Program-made: the position numbers and the translations under genes
Shown here: positions 8,888-21,303 of the stretch, piece by piece
Numbering within the stretch: the first letter of the stretch is position 1
Layout of the letters: each line of letters starts with the position of its first letter
Notes under the pieces: model-generated
The model's input: only the letters and a program-made list of their open reading frames with translations
The model's database searches: none
Told to the model about the DNA's origin: nothing
Assembly (NCBI GenBank): GCA_965644315.1
Contig: CBFFRQ010000193.1
Coordinates: 1 to 31,131, forward strand
Source of the DNA: Caecitellus pseudoparvulus
Lineage: Eukaryota > Protista > Bigyra: Bicosoecida
Reading direction: 5' to 3'
Length of the DNA stretch: 31,131 nt

Positions 8888-9193
8888 CTAACCCTAACCC
8901 TAACCCTAACCCTAACCCTAACCCTAACCCTAACCCTAACCCTAACCCTAACCCTAACCCTAACCCTAACCCTAACCCTAACCCTAACCCTAACCCTAAC
9001 CCTAACCCTAACCCTAACCCTAACCCTAACCCTAACCCTAACCCTAACCCTAACCCTAACCCTAACCCTAACCCTAACCCTAACCCTAACCCTAACCCTA
9101 ACCCTAACCCTAACCCTAACCCTAACCCTAACCCTAACCCTAACCCTAACCCTAACCCTAACCTAACCCTAACCCTAACCCTAACCCTAACCC
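8888..9193 (+). repeat. Internal telomeric tract (about 51 TAACCC units), probably the ancestral chromosome end
   Basis: TAACCC array with one TAACC variant at 9159-9163; abuts non-telomeric subtelomere at 9194. Confidence 0.98.
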
Positions 9194-9649
9194 ATTCTTG
9201 CTGAGGACATCTCAATTCCAACGTCTCTCCCAATCAACGTGGGTGCTGACCTTCGCCTGTGCGGGCACCTTGCGATAGCAGTATGAGATGGATAGCTTGT
9301 CGCGGCAACCTGCAACGTGAACAGATACCCTGTGCCAAGGGACGAGATCCTGAGCGGGGAGAAGATGCTAAATCTTACCACCTACAGCAGGATCACAGCC
9401 ACAGAATCCCAAGGCTGGGCAGGGCCGCAGCACAACAGGCACGCTCGTGAGAGTTGCGCTGGCTTCGCACCACCGTGTCGCAAGTGCCTGCTACAGTCCA
9501 CCGATGCAAGCTGAGCGAGCGGGATAACAGCATTGGCAGCCAAAAATGGGCTGAACCAAACTTCAATATCTCAGAGTTTGGTGTAGCTGGTGAAATGCCT
9601 GAAATGCACTTCAGTCTTGACTCCAAATGGCGCTCGCTGGGATTGTGGT

Positions 9650-11070
9650 GTGGGAGAGGGTGAATGGGAGCACTTTGCCAAGAGCGAAACTCTTCGCCTC
9701 ACCGCCAGGATTTTCGTTGACAAGACAAACTTCCTACGTCCCGTAGAGGATATGTGCAGGCTTCGATCAATTGTTTGGGCTGCCACCAGCCCCACAGGCG
9801 CTGTTTCAGGCTTGGCCCAGCCCAGTTTGGCGGCGTCGCCCACGCCCCCACCGGCGCAGTCTCTCACACGGAATCTGCGTCCACCATCGCTCATGACTAT
9901 AGCTTAATCCTCTGATGCACCTCGCTGTGTGCACTTTGCGGGCTGGAGGCAAGAGCAGGCTGAGTGGCTGCGTGCCTCCCAGGGTCGCTCTTCTGGGGCA
10001 GCCCTCGCGACCAAGACACACAACCTCTGCTCGCGAACAATGTGTCACTGGCGTGACGAGGTTCTCACCAAGTTCCACAAGCACCGATGTGGGCATGCGC
10101 AGGCCATGAAGCTGGCGGCAGGTGCGTGGCGTGGTGGTGCCTCAAACCGGCGTTTCGCCCACCTACGCAGAGAGCACGTCGAGCCTCCCTGCGGCGCAGG
10201 ACGAAGCGCCCCGCACCATGCAGTGGTGGAAATGCCTGAACCTTCGCCGGAATGCGTGGTTGCCGGTCCATGTGTATGCGTGCCTGAGCGCCTTGCTCCC
10301 CACGCCACAGCGCCTTGTCAAAGGTGCTTTGCGCAGGCTCTGGCTCTCAAGGTGCTGGCAGCCCAGCCATGGACCCTCCAGCCCCGGCGGAGAGTGGGTG
10401 CTGTCTCCTCGAGTCGTCCCAGACACGGCAGAACAATTCTTCTGTTGCCATCCAAGCGGCCACGACACCACAATCTACAGACAAGCTCTCGCCAGTGCCA
10501 AAGCCATGGTGTGGCTTGCCGGCAGTGCTTACCACATCCGGCTGCTGCTGGGCGCCGCCCCTGTGGGCTACGAGCTCACACAGCAGTGCATCAAGGCGCA
10601 AGAGGCTCTCGAATGCCTCCCTGAGGCACCCTCGGACATGATCCTGCCTCCCAACGCGGCTGCCTTGGCTGGCCCTGTGGGTGTGTTGCTGGGCTTGTTA
10701 ATGGCGTGCTCTGCGCATTTCATGACCCTAGGACTGCCTGGGACAGCTATCATGACCACCCGCACAGTGCTGGGACGATCAAGACTACCACCCCATCATG
10801 GAGAAGGGACGGTGACGGTGCTCTCACGCAATGCGGCTGAGTTGGGCGTCGCTCGGTCACTGCTGGATGGGAAAGGCTCCGTGGACGCCGCAATGAAAAG
10901 GGAAGCGACTGACGAACGAGATAAGACGCTCTACAGGTACATCGAGCTCTCTGAGGCCACGAAGTACAAGGCAGAAACCCTGGCAGGCACGGCACTCGCT
11001 GTCACAAAGGAAAACTGGGCCGTGCAGATTGCCGTGAACACAGCCTTGGCCTGCTCAGCGCACACCTTGC
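9650..11070 (+). pseudogene. Decayed 5' fragment of a large transposase-associated gene; diverged inverted paralog of about 29700-31131
   Basis: Peptides IVWAATSPTGAV, WRQEQAEWLRASQGRSSGA, AMKLAAGAWRGGASNRRFA, ECLPEAPSDMILPP and LYRYIE match minus-strand ORFs 30493..30963 and 29696..30505. A 1-nt deletion near 10380 relative to that copy shifts the frame. No DDE domain follows. Confidence 0.75.
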
Positions 11071-12599
11071 AGGTCCAATGGCAGTCTGTGGGAGTGCCTT
11101 TTCTTCTCGGCGATGTATCCAGCCCACCACACTGCCAGGCCATGCCAGCGGAGCGAACCAGTCCAGCTTCGGCGCTTCCACATCCTGGGCTAGCTGAAGC
11201 GATGCCCACAGCAACACAGCCCAGCCGCACTACACACAGCTATAACCAGGATGGACGTCGACAACACCCAGCCACGCGCTCCCCGAGCAGGCGTGCACCG
11301 AAAGATTCACCAGCTCCACCTCGAGGTTGGCCGCAACAGCCTCAGCTGCAAACGCCAGTGCCGCTTGGGTCAAAGGCCCGGCCGGCCACACGCAACGTGC
11401 AGCGCAACAGTACATAGGTGCATAAGGGTGGACTTTCTAATATGCCTCTTGTCAGTAAGGGGGCAACCAGCCGCAGCGCTGGGCGCTGGAGCAGGGCTGG
11501 CGTTGTGCTGGGTGGTGTGAAGGGAGTTTCATCCTGAACGGCGGACAATCACAAGCCGCTTGTTGAAAGGCCTGGAGCACGCTGGAGGCAGAGCACATGT
11601 GACGTGCATCCTTCACATGTCTACGTCCACCTCGCCCCCCAGCACCGGGGAACTTCACCCTGCCATGAAGAGGCGGCCGGAATGCTCAGCTGCATGGGAA
11701 AGGTTGGTGTTGGCGGTGCGAAACGCGAGGCCACTCCGACACAGGGCGCCTCTGGCTGGACGGGTGGTGCTCTTTGAAAGATTGGGGACCTGCATGTCGA
11801 AATGATTCGACTGGATACATGAAGCAGTGAATTGTGGCAAATATCCCTTGACTGTCGCCGCAAGGCGCTAACACCTTTTGGTTGAAAAGTCACGCAGCGA
11901 GCAAAGGGTCTCCTACCAAAGTGCATTTTGCACTAAGCTTCTTTGTTTTTCATGCAGTGCTCCCCATTGGCACGCACAGGCTGGACGTAGTGGACGGCAG
12001 TTGCCCTGTCTACGCCACAGCCCCCGAGCACCTCCACAGCGCCTGACGTTCATGTGCTCTGACCTCCACCAGCACCAGTCGCTCGTCCAAGCGCACTGCA
12101 CACCAAGGCCTGCCTTTGCTCCCACAAGTATCATGACCACGACTGAGGCTGCAGGAAGCTGCTTGAAGTTCGCCCTTCCCCGCGCCGTGTGCCTTAGCCT
12201 TGTTGTCTGCCCAGCAGCTGGCCGAGAGTGCCCTGTGTCGAGCGTGGGTGAGGTGATCAAGGAAGAATGCAGGCACCCATGCAGGTTGCGGCAAGGCTTC
12301 GAAATCGCACCTCAAGCCACTTGACGCCCCAAACCACACCCTACTTGCAGCTTATGGCCTGACCCCAGCCCCACCTTTGCGAAGCCTGGCCCGTCCAGGT
12401 ACAGCGAATGGCAGCGAACGAAGACAAGCCTCTAATTCAACCTGCACACAGCAGCCAGAGAAGCACCTTCACCAATGCAGCTTGCACACCTATGCAGTGG
12501 CAACCCACGCTCTGAACAGCTTCATTGACTTTCGTCCGTGGCGAGTGCTCGAGGCGCCCCAGACAGCGTCCTTGGCTTACTCCGCCTCGATGTCCCCTG

Positions 12600-13830
12600 T
12601 CGCAAGCCAAGCCTGAAGAGCAATTGCTCGAACTCCACCCAGACCCACGAGCTCCCTACAACCGCAATAACGACCTCCTCGCATGCCAGACGAAGACCAG
12701 CTTCATCTCACACGCGCACTTCCACACTTCGGCCATCACTCAAGGCAAGAAGTTCCCGAACCACGCCCAAGTGGCCGTCGCAGCTGGCCCAGACAAAACC
12801 AAAGTCAAGCCCGCCTGCATCCCCAGCACTTTCAACAGCGTGAAAGCCTGTCAGAAACAACATCCCCTGAACAGCAACAGCAAGCCATTCTGACATGCCC
12901 ATCGAGCGTCGAACTCTCCCCGAGCATGTACAACGCAAGCTGCCCCCCAGCAAACTCAAGCAGCTCAAAGACGCCCACGTGCCTGCCATGGCATATCTTC
13001 ACAACCCCAGCCTCAGCTTCCTTACCATTACTTGCGTGTGCGTCCACAGCTCACCCCCGTCAAAGTGCTAGAAGTTCCCATAACACATCCACATGCCAGC
13101 CTGAAAGCAGCTCTTCACCTGGATCCACCCCTCGCGTGTTCGTCAGCTGCCCGGCCACCATGCAAGCTTAGAAGCGTGACTACCACACCACGCGATCATG
13201 CTAGCGGGCGAGTCGAATCCTGGCCTCAGGCCCATTGAGGTCTGCTGTGTGCACGTCCACTACGCGCTCTCCTCCCAAAAACGAGAGTCTCTACTCTGCC
13301 CGCAGAAGTAACGCAGCTCTGCGCCCCTGCCGAGTGCTTGTGCCGCCCCACATGGCATCTTTGCCGGCCTGAACAACAGCAGGCCCGGCATCAAGCCTGT
13401 CCTGCAGTGGAATGATGCGGCTGCCAGTCAGCGCCAGCAGCTCTCGCGTGACACCCACATTGACACCTTGGAAGGCAAAGCAGAAGGCAACCCCATTGCC
13501 CGCGTTCACATCCACAGTCCGCTGCCCAGTCAGAGCCAAGAGCTCTCGCACTATTTCCACAGGGCCAAATGTACACGCTTCGCGAAGCCAGCCTCAGACA
13601 CACCCCTTGGCCCGGCATGCACATCCACTGCCCGTTCACCCTCCAAGGCAAGTAGCCCACGGACCACTTCCAAGTGACCGTCCTTGCACGCACCCCGGAA
13701 CCCTCCTTCGGGCCCAAGCCAGTCCCTTGCGTGCACATCCACGGCCCGCGGACCAGTCAGAACTACGAGTTCACGCACGATGTCGACGTGACCATGCCCA
13801 CATGCCTCCTGAAATCAAATTTCTCGCCCA
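12600..13830 (-). pseudogene. Degenerate ankyrin-repeat gene
   Basis: Repeated units ACKDGHLEVVRGLLALEGERAVDVHA, EIVRELLALTGQRTVDVNA, GVTRELLALTGSR and ASCDGHLGVVRELLALSDGRSVEV are scattered over different frames with stops. Boundaries are approximate. Confidence 0.8.
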
Positions 13831-14639
13831 CACAAGCCGCCAACATGCACATCCTCCGCACTGCCACCTGCCAGTGCCTGGACATAGCGGACTTCCTGCA
13901 CCCTTCCGTCGCAACAAGCAGCCAGGAGTTTGGCTTCGCCTCCGCCACCTCCTTCTCCACCTCCCGGCATGAAAGAGCTGATCAGGTCAATCGGCATCAT
14001 TGGACCTGACGGAACGAAAGAGCTTGCACATCCAAACGGTACTTGCCACCCCTCCTCTGGCGCTGTTTCATGCGGCTGTCCATCCACCGTGGTCCAGCAA
14101 GCAGATTCCGCAACTCCGCACGCGCTGCAGCTGTCCCGTGTGCGCTGCAAGCTTTGCTGCAACGATTCGCCCACACTTGAGTATATTCAATCCACCCCTG
14201 TCATCCACTTGAGCGACTGACTGCAGGTGTGAGTTGCAGAGCGCCTCGTGTTTGCGCTGGCGCTGGCACTGCTTCGCCCAGCTGCTGGCCACCCCAAACA
14301 CCCACAGCTGGCGCCCCACCCTTCCTGCAAGGCCTGGCGCAGCAGCACACCAGGTCCCAACTTTCAACCAAAGCTTCTACACCATCCCAGGCCTTCGCCA
14401 TCCTGTACACCTGCTCAAGCTCCCCGCCAGACCGCGCAAGTGGCACACTCGAGCCACAGCAAGCAGCTTCGGAAACTCAGCAGTCTCAGTACGCCCACCC
14501 TGACCCCGTCCACCCAAAATGCGCCAAGCAGCCACCTGTGCTCAATGTGCATTGCCTTCACACAGCTCACCAGGTGCACAACGTCAGCCTACCCACACAC
14601 AAGCTTCGCACCGCAGCCACTGAGCAAACTCGACACATC

Positions 14640-17600
14640 TCAGTCTTTGGGCTGCAGGTTCTTAATGGCGTCAGTGATGCGCTGCTTGAGCGCAGTGGCC
14701 TTTTCCCTGAGCTGCTTCGCCACTTGAGAAGGGTCTGTTCCTGCAGCCAGGCCCAGGCCGCCCGCCAGTGGCATGGCGGAGTTGACCACTGCGCCAAAGG
14801 TGCTGCCGCCCGACATGGCCTGCACGCCCAGCAGGATGAAGACAAGCATGATGACGAGCGAGACCACAAGCACCATGAGGCTGTACAGCAAGACGTCCCA
14901 CGAGAGGCCCATGGCTGAGAGGGCTGCTTCGGTGATTTCCCGCAGCAGGATGTGGATGCCCGCCTTGAACTCCTGGCGGTCCAGCACGTTGTCCGACTCG
15001 ATGACGTCCAGAGACGCGAGGATGCGCTTGGCCCGCTCATTGGTCAGGGGCAGCGACGCATTGGCGGTGAAGTCCACGAACTCGTCGAAGGAGATGCCGC
15101 CGCCGTCCGTGTCAAAGGCGTCGTACAGCAGGTCGATGGCTTGATCGGACAGGCGCCCGTTGACGAGGGGCAGGGAGGCGAACTTGTTGGCGAGCTTGGT
15201 CTTGGCGCCCGCCACGACGCTGTCCATGTCCGCCTTGGCCTTGTCCTTCGCAGCGTCCAGGGCCACCTTGGCCGCTGCAGTTGCCGCAGCGGTGGCCGCA
15301 GAGGCAGCTGCGCCGGGGGACGAGGTGTCGACTCCAGCCCGCTGCAGCTGCTCCACGAGGCCGGTAATTGTGTTTATGATGGTCTCCAGGCGGTCCTTGT
15401 TGAAGCCGCCGAACTGCAGGGCCAGCTTGCGCACGCCGGAGATGTCCCTGCGCGACAAGGACAGGATGGCGTCCACGATGGCCAGCGCGCCGTGCTGCTC
15501 CACCGGCACCACGCTCTCCAGCAGCTGCATGATGTGCTCCTGCCGCTTCCCCAACTCCTCTGCCACCGCTCTGCTCACTGCCAGCGCCTTCTTGGCAGAG
15601 CTGCCGCTGGTGGAGCCCGCTGCAGACACGGCCGCCGCAGCCGCCGCGCCACTCTGCCCTGCCGTCTGTGCTCGGGACGCGACAGAGGCAGCTGAGCCAA
15701 TGACGGACTCAGCCTGTGACGCAGCGGTATTGGAGACGTCTTCCAGGGCACGCAGGCGGGCCTGCATGAGCGCGATGAAGTGCTGGATGACGCCGAGGGC
15801 AGCCACAAGCTTGGGCTCGTTCTGCACCAGCGCCTGTACGAAGACGGGGATGGTGGTGAGGAGCTCACCGGGGTTGCCGCGCAGGAGGATGCCGCCCAGC
15901 GTGACGGCCAGGAACTTGGGGTCGCGCAGGCGCTTGGCGAAGATCTCGTCGCCACTGCCCTGCGACAGGAAGTCCGTCACCATGCCCAGGGATGACAGGG
16001 CGCCTTGTGCTTGGGAAATGCCGCCTGAAATGGCCCCTGCCGCGCTGCCCACAGCTCCCAGAGCAGAGTCCCGCGCACCCATGATGTCTGCACTGAGCAG
16101 GGAGGACAAGTTGGCGCCGCGCACCATGCTATTGGCGGCGTCTTGCGCCTGGCCCGCTGCTGCGCTGGCAGATGCACTCAGCGCAGCCAGAGGCGCTGCC
16201 ACAGACGTCGCGATGCCATGTGAGACTTGTGACGCTGCGAACTTGACCACCGCCATGGAGGCTTGTGCAGCCTGCGACACCTGCCCCTTGCGGGACCGGG
16301 CTACCTTCCTGACGTGTCGCGCTGCAGGACCGCCTGCACCTTGTCCACTGGCCCAAGCAGGCCCATGGCAGACTCGATGGAGGATGGAGACACGCCCTGC
16401 AACAGCTTCACCTCTTCGAAGCTGGTCAGTCCAGGGGGTAGCTCGTGGCCTCCATGAGACACCTCCCTGACCCGCTGCACGATGGCCTCGGCGGCCGGCT
16501 TGGGCAGGCGTCGCAGCAGGACGCGGATGAGGGAGTTCCGGATGCTTTCGTTGTGCAGCAGGGTGAGCTGCAAGGTGTTTTGTGTCAGCATGACGCGGGG
16601 AATACCAAGGATGCGGCAGAGGCCCGTCGCAACGTCGCCTTGCATGAGGGAGAAGAAGCCGATGAGGACACGGTCCACTTCTGGCAGGACAAAGGCCGGG
16701 TTGACGCCCCACACAGCCCTGGACAGCAAGCGCACAGAAGCGCCCTTCACGCCAAAGTAGTTCTCCATCGTGCGGCTGGACATGCCCCGCAGGGACTGCA
16801 GTGGGTGCAAGCCCACCCCCACACTCCCCCGCTGTGCCGCCTGCAGCACAGGCAGCACTTGTTCCAGCAACCAAGGCCAGCGGGTGGTCTCTTCGTCCCC
16901 GCGGTCGCCGGAAGATGCCGCCACAGCTGCAAGGGCAGGGCCGGCAGCCCGCGCCACGGGAAGAATGCGCAGCAATTCCTCCGCAGGCGGCAGACGCCCT
17001 GTCACGAACTTCAGGATGGTGCTGAGCACACGGGCCGTGGCACGCACAGGCTTGGCCTCGCCGCCGGCGTCGTCGGCTTCCTCCCTGCAGAAGGGGATGT
17101 TGCTGAAGCGGGCAGACTCCACACGCGTCAGCAGCTTCAGAGCCCTGTCCAGGTCAATGCAGGCGCTGTCCCGCGTCAAGTCCAGTCCCGCCTCGGCGGA
17201 AGCACGGGCAAGGTCGTCGCGGACAGCCAGAGACTTGACAGCTGCCGCGGCATTGTGGGAGGACAGCGTGCCCATTTCATCTCCGTCGATCATCAACTGC
17301 ACCGTCGCGGAGCTGCTGCGAGCATCGCCCACCAGGCGGTGGAACTGGTTCGTGTGTTCCTCCTGCTTCTTGGCGAACTTGTCGCTCATCTCCGCCTCCA
17401 CGAACTCGTCCAGGCGGTCTCGCTGCGAGTACAGGTCAGACACAAACGCCATCTGCATGCGCATGGCATCGTGCACGGGCAGGTTGGCGCCGTTCACTGC
17501 CTCCACCATGTCCAGGCGCAGCTCCTCAGCCACGGCCTGCGACGTGAGCAACTCCCCTATGGGACGGTAACCTGCCATGGCCCGCGCATTCATGAGCTTC

Positions 17601-20600
17601 ATCTGGGCGCGGTGCACGTGGAAGCGGCAGTGGAACTTGCCTCGCATGACGCTGACGGAAAAGGCAGGGTAAATGGGCATGCCTTGCAGGTCCGGGTTCT
17701 TGAATGCGACGCCCATGGGTGCGTCGAAGCTCCTGTTCAGCCCGAACGTCATGGTGCGCTTGTCGTAGTCCACGGCGCAGCTGATGATGTCCCCGTTCTC
17801 CCACTCGCTGCCAAAGGAGCCGTCATCCCCGCCATTCCACTTCTTCCGGCGCTGGCCGTCCCAGGCCCACGAGTTGGGGTCGTCGCCCACGCCATTGTTG
17901 CGCTTGGTCGTGAAGGCGTTGTTCACCCAGCCCACCTGCAGGTACCGGTTTCGCCCAGAGAACATCTGCAGCTCGTAGTAGTACCTGCCTGATGTCACCG
18001 CTGCGCCTGGAATGGCCACAGTGGGGAACGTGGACGCTTTGCTGGTGTTCAGGGAGTACCGGACACGGCCACTGCTGTCCCCCATGAACAGCCCATCGAT
18101 GCCCAGGATCTGGTACTTCCGCCTGCCAGACACCATGGGCAGGGGGCGCGTTGGACCGCCAGCGTTGAACTCGGGCGCGTACTTGCTCTGCAGCACCTTG
18201 CGGCTCTCGCTGCCCGCATACCGCAGCGCGTCGTCACTGCCGTCCATGACTGCAAAGCCAAAGTAGTCCTCCGCCTCTGCCACCTGGTCGCCGCCCTTGG
18301 GCGACATAGCTGAGCCGCGTCGGGGGCTTCCCTTGGAGTCTGGCGAGCCGAAGCCCTGCTTCTTGCTCTGCCCTGTCAGCAGCCGCATGGTACTCATCTT
18401 CAGCATGGCGTCCTCCTTGTGTTCGTCCAGGTCATCATCATCCTCACCAGGGTTGCCGCTGGAGGAAAGGCGGCCGGGGAAGCCACCCTGGGCGGGTTTG
18501 GCTTGCCAACTGCCAGGCTTCTGCTTCTCTTCCGCTTCAAATCCGCCTAGGCTGTCTGCTCGACCCGACGCAGGGGTGGGCAAAGGGGGCGGCGCCTTGG
18601 ACTCGCCAGCGCCATCCTGCGGAACAGACGATGATGACTCGTGCAGGCCGCTCGCACCTGAGCCCGTCAGCGTCGCAGAATGCTCCGCGCGGGCATTCAC
18701 AGCCGAGGGTCGATGCCTGGCGCCAAATCCGCTCAAGTCCACCTTGGACACTTGCGTGGAGGGATCCTCGGCGTGGCTTGCTTCGGACAAGCAGATGAAG
18801 TTGTTGTCCATGTCCAGAGTCATCAGCTTGATCATACGATCGGCGCCGGTGGTGATGAAGAGGAAGTCAATGGCAGCGGACAGCCGGTCCACCCGCAGTG
18901 TCGGCATGGAGGAGCTGATCCACGGCCTCACCTTGCCCAAAAGCCCATTGCTCACGGGCACGATCTGCGTGATGCTGCCCTCGTGTTGGGGTGCCATCTC
19001 AGCCACCACCCGCCAGTCCATCCACAATGACTCCGGGACATGTGCAGAGCGAGGCGCACCGAGTACGGCCAGCAGCCGCCCACGTGACGTGCCCACCAGG
19101 ATGACGTCGTTGGGGGTGGGCATGCTGGGGCGCGGCGCATCCACCACAATGACCTCCTCCTCCTCGCTCATGGACGCCTGCTTCTCAGTGGCAGCAGCCA
19201 CGTAATCCAGCCACACCTGCCGCTGAATCTTGCCGTCATCGTCGGTGGCCTCCCACTTCACCGCCAGGGGGTTCGCGATGGACGAGACCTGCGTAATGCG
19301 CTCCCCTGTCAACAACTCGATGACGTCGGCGGCAAAGTGGTTCAGAGCACGCGCTTGCTCCGTAACATTGCTGAAGTAAATGCCACCAGTGCTCGTCACC
19401 GTCGCAAACCACGACAGAGCTCCCCAAGCCTTCTGGTTGGCAGGGACGTGGTCAATGAGGGGCAGTTGGCTCTTGTACTTCAACTGCAGCCCCGTGACTG
19501 GAGCTGCGGCAAACTCACGGGAGGCGTCTGTGTCTGGCTCTAGCCTGTTCCGCACCTCTCGCGTGGCCCCGACAAAGGCAGAGGGGAAGGGGAAGAAATG
19601 AGACACGATGCCGACGGGGATGCCATCATCGGGAATGAGGCCGTGAAGCAGCATGCGTGCCTGTCGCTCCTTCTCCAGGGTCGCCTCGTTCCCAGTCTCC
19701 AACAGTCCAAACCCGTTGCCGCAGTGGAAGACATAGATCTCCCGCCAAGCAGTGAGCAGGTACTTCGCGTCGTAGTCGCCGGTGTCTGGATCCAGGAGGG
19801 GCCAGTGTGCTGTGAAGTTGCTCAGGCGCCCCGGCAGCAGCTTGGAGGTCATGTGCTTGGCTGACTTCAGCCACTTCGTAGGGGCGCCCAACGGCTCGGC
19901 ATCAAGGTTGGTCAGTCGCCACAGCACAATGGTCTTCGACGCAGTCTGCACGAAAAGGGCTGGCTCTTCCTCCGTGGGGTACCGCTTCGTGCTTTGGACG
20001 AGCGTTCGAGCATCCATGAAGCACTTGCCGTCCTCCCCCGTCAACGGAAAGTCCAGCTTCTCCAGCCTGACGGGAATGGGCTCGTACCCCTGGCCAGGCG
20101 GCACGCTCATCTCGCCTAAGAACCCCGGTAGGTCGCTATCGCCTGAGTCCGCAACATCCGCGGCCAGATCGTGCACTTCCACAGGGGCGAAGTCGCCCTC
20201 CACACGGTCGCTGGAAATGCCCCACACGCAGACACCGACTTTGTCAATGCCTACCAGAGCCACTGACCGCGCCTCATGCGTCATTCGCTCAGCGCGGCAC
20301 AAACACTTGACTGCTTCGCCTTCCGTCTGCACGCCGTGGCCCAGCTCTTGTATGTACCACAAGCCGGCATACACCTGCCGCACGCGCACAGAGCCTCGGG
20401 AGTCGCCTGTAACGAGGCGCAAGCAGGCGTGACCTTCATCCGGAGACGAGTTCCGGATGAAAGCGGCGGCAGTGATGCCTTCAAGAGTGGCCACTGACGA
20501 CGTCGGGTGCGGCACAATGAGGTGTGGCACGATGCTGCCGCCGCAGTGCTCATCGTCAGCCCTTGACGTAGCGATCCCGTGAACATCGAACATGGCTGTG

Positions 20601-20734
20601 TTGAAGTCAATGGCTGTGTTGAAGTCGATGGCTTCACACAAAGCCCGCAGGCACTCAGGTGCCTCAACTTCCTCCACAGGCTGGTGCTTGAAATCCAAAC
20701 GCCAACACCTCTCGAGCAGCACTAATTCGTCCAT
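14640..20734 (-). CDS. Large protein of about 2000 aa: possible beta-propeller-like N-terminus, SPRY domain, helical region, EF-hand pair, C-terminal transmembrane segment(s); frame break near 16300-16340
   Basis: ORF 16301..20734 has SPRY motifs SGRYYYELQM, LQVGW, GVGDDPNSWAWDG, WENGDIISCAVD and IYPAFS. ORF 14640..16874 has LYDAFDTDGGGISFDEF and LDVIESDNVLDRQEF, then a hydrophobic stretch LLYSLMVLVVSLVIMLVFILLGV. Joining the two ORFs needs a short intron or a 1-nt frameshift. Confidence 0.75.
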
Positions 20735-21303
20735 GGCGGCAGGTTAGGCAGATGAGGTATCCCACATAAGTGCATATCCTGACATGAACAGGTAGCGGTG
20801 AGAATCTGCTCCCCCGCTTGCATCTCGACCAACAAGGCGCCAGTGCTACTCCGGCAAGCCATTTCAACAGCAACCGCGTACTTTCCCCGCAGCAGCGACA
20901 CCAAAGAAGACTTCCAACTTTCACGCCTCGCACCGAGCAATTTATCTACAACATACACCTTCCAGCTTCAGCAGCCACCCCCACCTTGCGTCAGCTTCTC
21001 CAGAATCGGCTGTGCAAGCCGCAGCTAACAACCGATTTCCGCTCCACAGCTGATTTGTTTGCTCTGTCCCCTGATAACCTTCCACTTTGTCGTGACAGAA
21101 AGGCAAGCCAAATGAGAATTCAAGTATTGGAGTGGTTCAAAAATGAGCAATCAGTTTTCCCTTAGCCTCTCGCTGCCGAGCTTCCACGCTTTGCAGAGTT
21201 GTCCAGCCTGTTGTGGTACAGATATCTACCCGTGCAGAGAATGCGTACATGTATGTTCCCACCAAAACCAACCAAAGGTGGGGAGGCTTCTCGCTTGAAT
21301 TTG

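Noticed and set aside
8208-9233. ORFs with poly(LG) or poly(LT)
   Set aside because: These are translations of the telomeric repeat.
12525-12893. Plus-strand ORF faintly resembling a PI3/PI4-kinase fragment
   Set aside because: The catalytic DRH/DFG residues are absent, and the opposite strand clearly encodes degenerate ankyrin repeats.
14773-20432. Long plus-strand ORFs such as 15160..16470 and 16445..17992
   Set aside because: Antisense shadows of the GC-rich minus-strand gene, with no motifs of their own.
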